Source: a virus. From it: DNA of 64,000 nucleotides. The notes beneath the pieces were generated by a model. That model had not been told where the DNA came from and made no database searches. It saw nothing but the letters and a program-made list of their open reading frames with translations. Location of the stretch: IMG/VR virus record IMGVR_UViG_3300030102_005560, positions 1 to 64,000 of that record. The stretch is one strand, 5' to 3'. Below are positions 47,909 to 58,520 of this stretch, in pieces; positions within the stretch are counted from its first letter, which is position 1; the number at the start of each line of letters is the position of its first letter. Position numbers and translations under genes: made by a program.

Positions 47909-50512
47909 GTGCCAAGCGGAAAGAAGAACCACACCACCAGACTCACAGATGGCGACTTCATCATGTCCCCCTCGCTCACTAATCTACTAGAGGGAATACA
48001 TGGCAACGGCGTTCTCCTTCTGGAGGACGGTGCCACTAGCACCAGTGGCAATCGCAACACGCCCGCTTCGCTATCAGGGGCGGTTGCAGCGAACGGCACC
48101 AATGGCCTGACAATCAAAGCAGGTTATGCTGTCATTGATGGCATGGTCGTCGACTTCGGGAACTACACCGTAGGAACCAACGCCAACGACTACAACATAA
48201 CGCTGGAAGCAAGCAGAATAGAGGGCACTAACACTGCTCTCACGACTGCTGGAGACACAGTGCTCTTGGTGGTCTACGTCTCGACTTACGGTAACAGCGG
48301 CTATCACAACGTACACGTGGAGATGGGAACCAAGGTCACCAGTGGATTCCCAGTGACCCCAGAGGGCTTCCTCTCCGACACCAGTGGCCTCGAGAGCCTG
48401 AACCTCAACTCCAAGCAGAGCACAGTCCTAGCCGTGGTCAAATGCGTTCACAACTCAAGCGGAGGCGACTTGAAACTAGAAGTAGACACCATCTACGACA
48501 TGAGGACATTCATACGAAACTCCCCGATTTACATGGCTCCCATGACCAAGGACACCGTGGGGACCTACACTAACAGAATCACCTCAGCCAGCGAACTGGA
48601 TGGCATGCATGGGGGTGGAGACGAGACTGGTGCACTGACCAAGAGTGACAACCCCCTTGGTGCGCTTTGGATGAGCGGTAACGAAAATGGGGAGTCGGTG
48701 CTTTACTTCAGCGGTATTCAATCGAGCAGCCGCATCACTTCGAGACTGGGGCCCGATAACGTGGTAGTAGCCGCTGATGGTAACAATCAGACCTTCAAGG
48801 TGGACACAGGCAACGTATTTCATCTCACTCCAACTGGAAACATAGAAGTCAATCCACAAGGGTCCTTCCCCAGAAGCCACATGATTAGCATATTCAACTT
48901 TAGTAGTAGCAACACAATCAGTTACAACGCCACTAATGATGGTAACTCAGGCAATGCAAGTTTCACCATAGGCGTCTCCACCAGTGCCATGATTGCTTAC
49001 GATGGTAACAACTGGAAGCAGGTGTTTGTCTCCACCAACGTATCTGGTGCAGCCGATGGCGTGGTCGGAAGAATGCAGATATCTGATGGCTCGGGCAACC
49101 ACACCTCCGATGCCGACCTCACGTTCAGCAAAGGTGAGGTTACGGGGGTGCTTGTCAACAACGGCAGCGGATACAGCGGCGGTCACACTGGGGCCGTAGT
49201 CGTCGACACCGTAGATGCCACCACTAAGATATCAGTCGGTGACGTGCTGCGCAGAACCAATAACGCTGGTGCCGTGATAGGCACAGTCACAGCGGTCACA
49301 TCAACCTCAGTCACCTTCGCTGCTGGCACGCTCACTGCCCTCAGCAACAACGACCCTCTGTACAGAGAGGGGAAGTTGGCTGTCGATGGCGTAGTCGACA
49401 TCAGCAAGCCCATCTTCGGTCCGACCGGCATTGAGTTCACACCTATCGGCAAGAACCCATACAAGACCACAGCAGCAAACTCGCTCTGGAGGAACAGCGC
49501 TGACAGCAACAGGCTCTACTCAGGCGGGACCAAGATACTGCTCGATGGAGACAGCGTTGGTGCTACCACTATTCTAGGTCTCACCGATACACCAGCCAAC
49601 TTCACTAGCGCGGCGAACAAGTTCCTGCAAGTCAACAGCACGCCTGATGCAATCATATTCGACACGATAGCAAGTGGTGACCTGCCCTCCAATCTGAATA
49701 CAATCACAGCCATAGGTCCCGCTGGTACACTCACCGTCAATCAGGACCTGACTGTGACTGGCAATCTGACCGTGAGCGGCACAACCACGACTCTGGACGT
49801 GGCCACTGTGAACGTCGAGGACATCAACATGGTCCTCGGCAATGGTGTGGGCAATGACGCAGCAGTCGATGGTGGGGGAATCACGCTGGACAGCAGTGAT
49901 GGTGACAAGACCATTCTATTCACTGACTCCACTGATTCTTGGACATTCAATCAGCATCTCTTCCCGAGTGCTGACAGCAGTAAGAATCTCGGTAGCAGCA
50001 GCATCAGATGGGCGACCAGTTTCTCCGATGCTGTCAACACCGGCACGATTACAGGAAGCGGAGACGTAACCATAGACACCAGCGTGCTGAAGGTAGATAC
50101 GGCCAACAACAGGGTCGGTGTCAACCAAGCGACCCCACTAGCGTCCTTCCAGTACGAGAGCGTTGGGCACGGCTACGTGACTGGTACGAGCGGTACAGGT
50201 AGCGACGCGGCAGTCCCCCTCACTCTCTTCGGCAAAGCCGAATTCAGGGGTGCAAAGTTGCTGGTGTCAATAGAGAACTCAACAGACAGCGCGTATGAGA
50301 CCCATGAGGCTGTGATAACGCATGATGGCTCCACTGGTGCCTCCGCTGCCATGATTACCATCTACGGAACAGTCAAATCAGCGTCCCAGACAGTATGCAC
50401 GCTGACGGCACAAGAGGCAAGTGGCAACATACAATTAGTCATCACCCCCGGTGTGGGAAGCAAGGCGTACACGTTCGGAGTGGCTTGGAAGGGGATTGCT
50501 AAACTGACTTGA
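47909..50512 (+). CDS. Tail fibre-like protein 1 (proximal)
   Basis: 867 aa, Gly/Thr/Ser beta repeats, GNLTVSGTTTT motif, C-terminal FRGAKLLV…HDG…YG domain. Confidence 0.7.
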   Translation: MPSGKKNHTTRLTDGDFIMSPSLTNLLEGIHGNGVLLLEDGATSTSGNRNTPASLSGAVAANGTNGLTIKAGYAVIDGMVVDFGNYTVGTNANDYNITLEASRIEGTNTALTTAGDTVLLVVYVSTYGNSGYHNVHVEMGTKVTSGFPVTPEGFLSDTSGLESLNLNSKQSTVLAVVKCVHNSSGGDLKLEVDTIYDMRTFIRNSPIYMAPMTKDTVGTYTNRITSASELDGMHGGGDETGALTKSDNPLGALWMSGNENGESVLYFSGIQSSSRITSRLGPDNVVVAADGNNQTFKVDTGNVFHLTPTGNIEVNPQGSFPRSHMISIFNFSSSNTISYNATNDGNSGNASFTIGVSTSAMIAYDGNNWKQVFVSTNVSGAADGVVGRMQISDGSGNHTSDADLTFSKGEVTGVLVNNGSGYSGGHTGAVVVDTVDATTKISVGDVLRRTNNAGAVIGTVTAVTSTSVTFAAGTLTALSNNDPLYREGKLAVDGVVDISKPIFGPTGIEFTPIGKNPYKTTAANSLWRNSADSNRLYSGGTKILLDGDSVGATTILGLTDTPANFTSAANKFLQVNSTPDAIIFDTIASGDLPSNLNTITAIGPAGTLTVNQDLTVTGNLTVSGTTTTLDVATVNVEDINMVLGNGVGNDAAVDGGGITLDSSDGDKTILFTDSTDSWTFNQHLFPSADSSKNLGSSSIRWATSFSDAVNTGTITGSGDVTIDTSVLKVDTANNRVGVNQATPLASFQYESVGHGYVTGTSGTGSDAAVPLTLFGKAEFRGAKLLVSIENSTDSAYETHEAVITHDGSTGASAAMITIYGTVKSASQTVCTLTAQEASGNIQLVITPGVGSKAYTFGVAWKGIAKLT

Positions 50513-50522
50513 GGTGAGATGA

Positions 50523-53003
50523 ATGACTGAAACAGACTTCCGTGTGCAGAAGGGAATAGTGGTGGGTGACGGTGACGTCACCGTGCCATCCGCACACAGC
50601 GTATTCGCAGGCACATTCGACACCAACGTCACTGCTGCTGGTGTCACTCTATCAGGCATCACGTTAGCGGCTGACGGCACTGATACCAACATCGACATCA
50701 ACATCACGCCAAAGGGAACGGGCGAGGTGAACATCACCAAGGTGGACATAAACGGCGGGACGATAGATGGGATTTCGTCATTGACGTCCTCTGGTGACTT
50801 GGATATAGGCGCCCATGACCTCAGAGCAGCCACCCTGACGGCTGATGGCCTGACTGCTGGGCGTGTTGTGTTCGCTGGCACTAACGGAGTCCTGAGTGAT
50901 GACAGCGATTTGAGTTTCTCCGGTGACACTCTGACTGCGACTAAGATTGGAGCATTCACCGCCGCTGGTGCAATCGACTTCAACAACGAGGACATGACCA
51001 ACGTCGACATCGACAGTGGTGCCATCGACGGTACAACCATCGGTGGGGCCAGCGCAGCAGCAGGTACCTTCACCGACATGACGGCAACTAATGCATTGGC
51101 AGGCACCTTCGACACGAACGTGGCTGCTGCTGGCGTTACCCTATCAGGCACCACGCTGGCTGCTGACGGCACTGATACCAACATCGACATTAATGTCAAT
51201 GCCAAGGGCACCGGCTCGTTAGTAGTTGGTAAGGTCTCTATCGGAGGTGGTGCCATTGACAGCACCATCATCGGCGGAAGCACCCCAGCAGCAGGTACAT
51301 TCACTGGCCTGACAGCGACCAGTCTCAACCTATCGGAGGGCAACCTCACCAATGCCGGTGAAATCAGCGCTGACAAAATAAAACCAGACGGTGCAACCCT
51401 CGGTCTTGAGATAGACTTCTCCACTGCTAACAGTGCTAGGTCCAAGATAATAATGCCAGACAATGTAGCCAACGGGCTCGAGATAAGAGAGGGGTTCACT
51501 CCCTACCTCAGGTTCAAGACCACGGATAGCGAGGAGGAGATAGCAGCCATGCGAAATTTCGTGATTGGTCTGAATGGCAATGGTAGCAGCGGCCACACCC
51601 TCGCTTTCAGAGGCAAGACGAGCGGTGGAGATGTGAGGGACATAGCATTCCAAGCATCGATAAACGCCATCTCCAGCAACAACACCGGCACACAGACGTA
51701 CACCCTACCCACTGACTTTCCCGCTGCCTCAGGCTATGTTCTCTCGAGCACCGATGCTGGTGTCATGTCATGGGCTGCACAATCCAGTGGGACAATCACT
51801 GCACTGAACAACCAAGGTGCAAACAGGTTGGTCACGATAGGCAGCACGACCACCGAGTTGGATGGGGAGGCTACCGCTACGTACGATGGGCAGACGCTTC
51901 ACATCAACACCACTACTGACAACGCGCCTGCTCAGTTGCTGCTAGAACATAGTTTCAATGACACTAGCGGGCCTAATATCTCATTAAGGCTTGACAAGGG
52001 CGCTGCGGGAGCGGCAAGTGACATAGTAGGTACAATAAAATTTCAGGGTGACGACGCTGGCCAAAACACCACTACTTACGCTGGTTTGAAAGCAGACGTA
52101 GTTGCTGCTACTTCTGGCTCTGAAGAGGGTAGACTCTCATTGCAAGTAGCACAAACAAGCAACGGTGATGTCGCGGACGTGTTGGTGCTGACTGGTGGTG
52201 ACAACGCCGACGGCTCCACGTCTAAGGTGGTCGTCAAAGGCGACTTACAGGTGGATGGTAGCACCACCACGATAAACAGCACGACGCTGGACGTAGATGA
52301 CCTCAACATCACCGTAGCGAAAGGCGCGGCTGACTCCGCTGCGGCTGATGGTGCTGGTCTCACCGTCGATGGCGCCGGTGCCACATTCACCTATACCGAT
52401 TTAGGCACGAGGTGGAACATGAACAAATCATTGAGTGTGACAGGAAGAGTCGCTGCTACCACATCATTCGTCATCGGTAGCGCCGACCTCAATGAGACTG
52501 ACCTAGAGAAACTCGATGGAATCACCGATGGTACTATTGCTGCAAACAAAGCAGTCGTAGTTGATGCTAACAAAGATGCATCTGCCTTCAGAAATCTCTC
52601 TGCTGCGTCGATGTCAACAGGCGAGTTAAGAATTGATTCAGGGGCAGTACTCCTCGATAGTTCTTCAGCAGCCAGCCAGTCTTGGACAGGGGGCTCGGCG
52701 TATGTCATTGCTGACTTCGATTATAGCAATTTCAGAACAGTCAAGTTCGTGGGTCAAGTCAGCGATGGTACAGATATAGATGCCTTCGAGGTGCTAGTGA
52801 CGTGGAAGGGTGCCAGCGCACCAGCAGACGATGCTGCGATATTCATGACCACATACGCCTACATGGCGTCCAGCGGCACACCACTGGGCTCAGTGACCGC
52901 TGTCAAGGATGGCACTGGTGGGACGGTGGACGTGAAGTTCACACCCGGTAGCAACGGCACGTATAAGTACGCAGTGTCGGCAACGCAAATTACAGCACAA
53001 TGA
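50523..53003 (+). CDS. Tail fibre-like protein 2
   Basis: 826 aa, IDGTTIGG..AAGTFT repeats, an internal duplication, and a C-terminal domain paralogous to that of fibre 1. Confidence 0.75.
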   Translation: MTETDFRVQKGIVVGDGDVTVPSAHSVFAGTFDTNVTAAGVTLSGITLAADGTDTNIDINITPKGTGEVNITKVDINGGTIDGISSLTSSGDLDIGAHDLRAATLTADGLTAGRVVFAGTNGVLSDDSDLSFSGDTLTATKIGAFTAAGAIDFNNEDMTNVDIDSGAIDGTTIGGASAAAGTFTDMTATNALAGTFDTNVAAAGVTLSGTTLAADGTDTNIDINVNAKGTGSLVVGKVSIGGGAIDSTIIGGSTPAAGTFTGLTATSLNLSEGNLTNAGEISADKIKPDGATLGLEIDFSTANSARSKIIMPDNVANGLEIREGFTPYLRFKTTDSEEEIAAMRNFVIGLNGNGSSGHTLAFRGKTSGGDVRDIAFQASINAISSNNTGTQTYTLPTDFPAASGYVLSSTDAGVMSWAAQSSGTITALNNQGANRLVTIGSTTTELDGEATATYDGQTLHINTTTDNAPAQLLLEHSFNDTSGPNISLRLDKGAAGAASDIVGTIKFQGDDAGQNTTTYAGLKADVVAATSGSEEGRLSLQVAQTSNGDVADVLVLTGGDNADGSTSKVVVKGDLQVDGSTTTINSTTLDVDDLNITVAKGAADSAAADGAGLTVDGAGATFTYTDLGTRWNMNKSLSVTGRVAATTSFVIGSADLNETDLEKLDGITDGTIAANKAVVVDANKDASAFRNLSAASMSTGELRIDSGAVLLDSSSAASQSWTGGSAYVIADFDYSNFRTVKFVGQVSDGTDIDAFEVLVTWKGASAPADDAAIFMTTYAYMASSGTPLGSVTAVKDGTGGTVDVKFTPGSNGTYKYAVSATQITAQ
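50608..51215 (+). repeat. Internal duplication in fibre 2 (AGTFDTNV.AAGVTLSG.TLAADGTDTNIDIN…KGTG twice)
   Basis: 29-nt exact repeat GCTGACGGCACTGATACCAACATCGACAT at 50670-50698 and 51162-51190. Confidence 0.85.
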
Positions 53004-53028
53004 TGGACAGTGAAATCATGGTGAAACA

Positions 53029-56000
53029 ATGGCAGAGGAGAATTTCAGAGTAAGAAAGGGGATAACCGTAGATGGCTCTGGCTACTCGGCCATCAGGGAC
53101 TCCTTGAAGATAGGATACATCTCCACGCTGACCAGCAACAACACGAATGTGGGTGGCCAAGATGCCCAACTGAGGGTCTCAGGTAGGAACGATGACGAGC
53201 CCGGCATAATACAACTCTCACACTTCGACAATAACAACTTCTACGGTGGCACTGGTGTCTTCACACTGGGGCAGATACAATTCGCCATGAACGAGAATAG
53301 CAACGATGTCACCACTGTCGCTGAGATTCGTGGTATCACCAGCGACCCGAATACCCCCGGAGACTTCGATGGTGCGCTCAAGTTCTTCACTTCGCAAGGA
53401 GATGGTTCCGGGGCTAACCTCACTGAGAAGATGATACTTACTGCTGATGGTAGGGTCGGAATAGGCACTACGGGTCCCGGTATTTCGCTCGATGTGCGAA
53501 CTGGCTCGCAATACACCAACACCTACAAAGCGCACCTGAGCCTCATTGACACTCAAACTGCATACGATGGCTCAAACCCCGGCGGGGCAGTTATCTTCGG
53601 TGGCATTGATGATTCCAGTGGTGGTACTTCTTGGTGGGCGAAGATAGCCGGAGAGAAGGCTAATGCGACAGATGACAATAGAAGCGGTATTCTAAATTTC
53701 TACACCCGTGAAGAGGGAGGGAACCCAACTCAAAGAATGAGGATAAAAGAGGATGGGCAAGTTCTAATCGGGAAGACAGCATCAGTAGCAAGCATCGACA
53801 GAAAACTAGAGGTGGAGGGAACCATTGCCGCCGCAAGTGGTAGTTCGGGTGGAGTAGGATTCCACATGCAGAACTCCGAAGGGGAGTTTCTCGTTTACAC
53901 TGATGGTGGTGCGCTGATTGTCAAGGACTACGCAGGTTCAGACACATACCCATTCAAGATAGAAGGTACGGCACAGAACGACACTCTCGTTGTAAATACT
54001 GGCGGGGATGTCACCATCAAAGACCAACTTATATTGGGTTCTGAGATTATTCATTCTGGTGATACCAACAACAAGATTGCATTCGGTACTGATACTCAGA
54101 CTTTCACTACTGCTGGTTCTGCTAGGATGACCATTGAAGCAGATGGTGACATTGCTATGACGGAAGACCTTGATGTAGCAAAGCACTTCTCCTTCAACAC
54201 ACAGCATGTTGGTGGCTCTGCGGGCGGAAGCACAGGAACGGAGAATGGTGCTAATACATGGTGCAAGATTCTGGAATGGGACCCCGGTACAAATCAATAC
54301 AGGGACTTGAGCCTGACTCTAGGTATTACTGCGGTGGATGTAGGGAGTCAGAACCAAGCGATAATCAACGTCTATGGTAGGTCCAATGGAACTAACAGCG
54401 CACATACTATGGGTGTCAAAGTCATATCCCTGATAAGCACGGTTCATCTACAAGACGACTCCTTCAAGATGATTACCGAGGGATGGGGGCAACCGATAGA
54501 ACTCTGGATGAAGAAGTACGGTAATTATGGTACTTACAATTGGAACGAGATAGCGAAGAAATTGGGCGGTAGCACCACTCTGACTTATTCCTCCAACTCG
54601 GCATGGCAATCAACAGAGCCGGTGAAGACCAACGGGTCGCCACAAGCAACTCGCTCTTACGGCACGGTGATTGAGGGTAGGAATCCTGTATTGAATCTGT
54701 ATCACAACCAGAACGTAAGTCAGTTGAGCGCAGGTGATGTCCTCTCCACGATTAGTTTCAGGAAGCATACGACTACGAGTGGTAATGAGACAATCAGAAT
54801 CTACAACGTGCAGGGCGACTCCGGTTCTAGCGGTGCATCTGATGACTACCACACTAGCGACCTGAGAATATCAACTAGGAAGATAGGAACGAATTCCTAC
54901 TTCGACCGATTCACCATTCTAGGTCAGGAGGGCTATGTAGGAATAGGGACTATGAGTCCCGCAGTTCCCCTTCATGTTGCAGGTGCAAACAACGAAGCGG
55001 CGAGATTTGAGGGTAGTGGTAATGATGCCTTCATCAAAATCCTAGAGCCAACGGGTAGTGAGAACGTAGTCCTCGGCTCAACGGGTGGAACGGGATTCGT
55101 TGGTTCTGCAAGCAATAACAACTTCGCCATCAGAGCGAACAACTCCAACAAGATGACCATAACTCCGGCGGGTTTGGTCGGAATAGGCACTACATCCCCA
55201 ACCGATACATTACACGTTGAAGGAAACACAAGAACTGATGGAACATTCCTAGTGGAAGACCAAAACACGGACTTCCACATGATTAAATTGACAAGTGCTG
55301 ATGGTAGCACTGACTACGATGTAGGTCTTCATTTCCAAGGCTCGCCAAACATACTGGATGTGACTAACGCACACGGCGATGTGAACTTAAGACCCGGTTC
55401 AGCAGGAACTCTATCCACATCGTATCTCACTGTCAAGGGTGATGGTGATGTCGGAATAGGCACTACGAGTCCACAGTCCAAACTGCACATCTCAAGCGGA
55501 ACATCGGGTGATGCTGTCCTCATCCTTGAGGCAGACACGGACAACAACGATGAGACAGACCAACCATTCATCGTCTTTGAGCAAGATGGTGGGACACAAC
55601 ACTCAGCGATTGGCAGTCATTCGGGGAGCAGTACCGACAACAACGCTTTGATTCTCTCTAACTCAGTTGGTTCAAGCGGCATTGAAGCCGGAATGATATT
55701 CAAGACAGGCACAACAAGTGGTTATGCCAATGCCGTTGAAAGAATGAGAATCACACCTGCTGGTAATGTCGGAATAGGCACTACGAGTCCCAGCACTTCA
55801 CTTCATGTTTCAGATGCCGCAGAAGTGTCATTGAGCGTTGATTCATCCCATGCGACAGGCTCGCAGATTAGCCTCGATGCGACAGGAACAGGCGGAGATG
55901 AGTGGAGAATAGTATCCGGTGCTGACAATGCAGGTATCGGCGGTGGCGCATTCGGGTTATACAATGTGGATACAACTTCATACAGATGGATGGTCACATC

Positions 56001-57834
56001 TGCTGGCAATGTCGGCATAGGCACTACGAGTCCTGATGCCAAACTCCATGTCGAGGGTAGTGTGTTGATTGACGCATATGAGCAAGGAGCAGGTGCAGGT
56101 TTATTCTTCCGCGAGGGATTCCTCAATACCAACCAACCCTCAATCACAGTAATAGACCATAGCGGTGCTAACCCTGACGGGCTTTGCATAGCCGCTCATG
56201 ATGGCATATCATTCAAAGTGAATGGTGGCACTGAGAGAGTAAGATTCGCCTCTGATGGTAATGTCGGGATAGGCACAACGAGTCCTTCTTCAAAGTTAGA
56301 TGTGGCAGGAACGATAGAATGCACCGGACTGAACCTACAAAACGGCAGTTTGGACTATGGTAATGGTAAGCAGCAAACAGTCGATTTGGCTGTTGGTTGG
56401 TACACGTTTGCGGTCTGCAAGGGCCGAGATGCAACCACATCGGCGCAAAGGGCGTTCGGTGAGTTCCTAATCAACGATGTAGATAGCGGTAGGCACGGCT
56501 CTTGTAGGTTGAATGCCACGCACTTCTTCGGTGCTGGAAACAGCATACAGGTCTTCGCATACAACTTCTACTCTACTGTTGTATTCACTGAATTAAGAAT
56601 AAAAGAAAGTGGCACATATGCTGGTGCGGCTTTGCAGGTCTATGTGTCGAATGCGAATAACAACCTAGAGTCTTACATGACCATGAGTGAGCAGAATCGG
56701 TCTTGGGATTTGTTAGATACGTGGCTCCCTGACAGCGATATAGTGGGCCACGATGCCATACTAGGTTATGCATCCCATAGCCAAGATTGGTCAGGATTTT
56801 CCGTAGCAGAAACGGTAGACTTGAGCGTATTTAGCGCCACCAACCAAGGTGGTATCTACACAAGTGGTGGCGTAAAGGCAGAAACTCTATTTCTCGGTAA
56901 GACTGGAACTTCAAGTGAATACAGACTTCACCCTGATTCTGCTAATTCAGTTCTTTCTACCAACTCTGACGGGTCTGATGTCACGCTTCGTGCTGACGAT
57001 GACTTGGTTCTCATTGCCGATGATGATATGATTTTCAAGAATGGAAGCGCAACCAATATGGTTCTTACTTCTGACGTTCGTTTAGGAGTAGGCACTAATG
57101 TTCCTGACCGATTGCTCGAGATAAAGGAAAGCGGAACTGGTGCCGCTATCATGCGTTTCAGAAACAGCAACACATCATACCCAGATGACACCGCCTTCGG
57201 TACCATAGAGTTCTACAACGCAGATGCTTCTGGTGAGGGCATAACTGCGAAGATAAACGCAATCTCAGATGCCTCTGGTCGAGGCGGGCAACTGCAATTC
57301 CAAACTGACGATACCGGAACAAGCCCACAGACGGCTCTCTTATTGCAAGGTGATTTGAACGCGGTGTTCGCAGGAAACGTCGCTTCTACAAGCGCCAACA
57401 ATTACAATCTCTACTGGCCTTTGTATTTCCAAAGAGACAATATGGGAACAAGCAATATAGACATGAGAATGCCTGTCGGTGGTGCTGGAACTAGCAGTCC
57501 AAACGCTATGGCTATGCCAAGAGCAGGTAAGATAATGGCTTTGACTTTACATTACTACGGAGGCACATTAAGCACTAGCAGTTCTAAGAGCGATACATGG
57601 AGAATCAGACATCACAGCGGTGGAACTGCTGATGTGACTACTGAGGATATTGTGGTAACTATGGACACTCTAGTAGCAACTTCCAATGCTAATCAGAGAG
57701 TAAAAACCATTGAGTTATCTACTCCTTTGGTGTTTGCTGCGGATGACTCAATAGGATTTAGGAGAAATGCCAATGCCGGGTCAAATTCAATACATGAAGT
57801 GGCTGCCGTAATATGGTGTCACTTTGACGTATAG
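53029..57834 (+). CDS. Long tail fibre / receptor-binding protein with GxVGIGTTSP repeats
   Basis: 1601 aa; about 8 G(N/D/L/Y/R)VGIGT motifs separating variable modules. Confidence 0.8.
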   Translation: MAEENFRVRKGITVDGSGYSAIRDSLKIGYISTLTSNNTNVGGQDAQLRVSGRNDDEPGIIQLSHFDNNNFYGGTGVFTLGQIQFAMNENSNDVTTVAEIRGITSDPNTPGDFDGALKFFTSQGDGSGANLTEKMILTADGRVGIGTTGPGISLDVRTGSQYTNTYKAHLSLIDTQTAYDGSNPGGAVIFGGIDDSSGGTSWWAKIAGEKANATDDNRSGILNFYTREEGGNPTQRMRIKEDGQVLIGKTASVASIDRKLEVEGTIAAASGSSGGVGFHMQNSEGEFLVYTDGGALIVKDYAGSDTYPFKIEGTAQNDTLVVNTGGDVTIKDQLILGSEIIHSGDTNNKIAFGTDTQTFTTAGSARMTIEADGDIAMTEDLDVAKHFSFNTQHVGGSAGGSTGTENGANTWCKILEWDPGTNQYRDLSLTLGITAVDVGSQNQAIINVYGRSNGTNSAHTMGVKVISLISTVHLQDDSFKMITEGWGQPIELWMKKYGNYGTYNWNEIAKKLGGSTTLTYSSNSAWQSTEPVKTNGSPQATRSYGTVIEGRNPVLNLYHNQNVSQLSAGDVLSTISFRKHTTTSGNETIRIYNVQGDSGSSGASDDYHTSDLRISTRKIGTNSYFDRFTILGQEGYVGIGTMSPAVPLHVAGANNEAARFEGSGNDAFIKILEPTGSENVVLGSTGGTGFVGSASNNNFAIRANNSNKMTITPAGLVGIGTTSPTDTLHVEGNTRTDGTFLVEDQNTDFHMIKLTSADGSTDYDVGLHFQGSPNILDVTNAHGDVNLRPGSAGTLSTSYLTVKGDGDVGIGTTSPQSKLHISSGTSGDAVLILEADTDNNDETDQPFIVFEQDGGTQHSAIGSHSGSSTDNNALILSNSVGSSGIEAGMIFKTGTTSGYANAVERMRITPAGNVGIGTTSPSTSLHVSDAAEVSLSVDSSHATGSQISLDATGTGGDEWRIVSGADNAGIGGGAFGLYNVDTTSYRWMVTSAGNVGIGTTSPDAKLHVEGSVLIDAYEQGAGAGLFFREGFLNTNQPSITVIDHSGANPDGLCIAAHDGISFKVNGGTERVRFASDGNVGIGTTSPSSKLDVAGTIECTGLNLQNGSLDYGNGKQQTVDLAVGWYTFAVCKGRDATTSAQRAFGEFLINDVDSGRHGSCRLNATHFFGAGNSIQVFAYNFYSTVVFTELRIKESGTYAGAALQVYVSNANNNLESYMTMSEQNRSWDLLDTWLPDSDIVGHDAILGYASHSQDWSGFSVAETVDLSVFSATNQGGIYTSGGVKAETLFLGKTGTSSEYRLHPDSANSVLSTNSDGSDVTLRADDDLVLIADDDMIFKNGSATNMVLTSDVRLGVGTNVPDRLLEIKESGTGAAIMRFRNSNTSYPDDTAFGTIEFYNADASGEGITAKINAISDASGRGGQLQFQTDDTGTSPQTALLLQGDLNAVFAGNVASTSANNYNLYWPLYFQRDNMGTSNIDMRMPVGGAGTSSPNAMAMPRAGKIMALTLHYYGGTLSTSSSKSDTWRIRHHSGGTADVTTEDIVVTMDTLVATSNANQRVKTIELSTPLVFAADDSIGFRRNANAGSNSIHEVAAVIWCHFDV

Positions 57835-57842
57835 GTGATGTT

Positions 57843-58052
57843 ATGGATTGGGAAGAAGTAAGAGGAAAGAGAGACAGTGAACTATTGAACATGGATAAGT
57901 ATCAACTAGCGATACCATATTCACTATTGACAGATGCACAGAAGGAAGAGTTGGCTACATACAGACAGGCGCTTCTCGACCTGCCCAATGATTACGATAC
58001 TCCCGAAGAGGCAGAGGAGAACTTCCCGGAGCAACCAGACTGGATGGCTTAG
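57843..58052 (+). CDS. Tail fibre assembly chaperone
   Basis: WEEVRGKRDSELL…YRQALLDLP…FPEQP pattern, directly after the fibre gene; GGTGA SD. Confidence 0.8.
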   Translation: MDWEEVRGKRDSELLNMDKYQLAIPYSLLTDAQKEELATYRQALLDLPNDYDTPEEAEENFPEQPDWMA

Positions 58053-58056
58053 AGAC

Positions 58057-58197
58057 CTACGGTCTGAATCCTGACCATGGCCTCAGTTGATAGGTGAGGA
58101 AAGACAGAGCCAATACTAGGAACGCAGTTGCCACTGTGACGGTAGGAGGGACATCAACCGTCAAATCATCTAGGAATCGAAGGTCCATCTCTATCAT
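58057..58197 (-). CDS. Small single-TM membrane protein (46 aa), not in the ORF track
   Basis: MIEMDLRFLDDLTVDVPPTVTVATAFLVLALSFLTYQLRPWSGFRP; starts 2 nt after the upstream stop and fills the gap. Confidence 0.55.
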   Translation of the reverse strand: MIEMDLRFLDDLTVDVPPTVTVATAFLVLALSFLTYQLRPWSGFRP

Positions 58198-58199
58198 GC

Positions 58200-58493
58200 T
58201 CAATACCCCATATCGAATTTGCTAGGCTTCTTCAACTCACGAATCTGTTGAGTGGCGAATCTAATTTTCTGTGTGCTATGGAGATGCCAAAAGGTGTCTT
58301 TCGGGACTTTGAACTCCTTCTCCACTATGCGGCATAATTCGTATCTCGATGATGTCTGTAGGTCTTCGTCTATCTTGAGACCGAGTACCTCAGAGACCTC
58401 CTCATCCGTGTACTTGACCCTCTTGTCCAACCAGACATATGCATAGCCCATCACGGTCATGAGTTTGCGAGCCATCCATCGGAACAACGCCAT
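58200..58493 (-). CDS. Hypothetical protein
   Basis: 97 aa, amphipathic basic N-terminus. Confidence 0.6.
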   Translation of the reverse strand: MALFRWMARKLMTVMGYAYVWLDKRVKYTDEEVSEVLGLKIDEDLQTSSRYELCRIVEKEFKVPKDTFWHLHSTQKIRFATQQIRELKKPSKFDMGY

Positions 58494-58520
58494 GGTGCAG
58501 AATCTACACCGCCTAGTTAT

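Noticed and set aside
877-57401. Numerous minus-strand and alternate-frame ORFs of 60-354 aa (e.g. 50435..51499, 47059..47856, 4407..4664, 1638..2141)
   Set aside because: They are shadows of long, coupled + strand genes, with no recognisable motifs or start context.
53029-57834. CRISPR array or diversity-generating retroelement suggested by the repeated 23-nt boxes
   Set aside because: The repeats are in-frame coding, hundreds of bp apart and irregularly spaced; no cas gene, reverse transcriptase or TR/VR pair was seen in the window.
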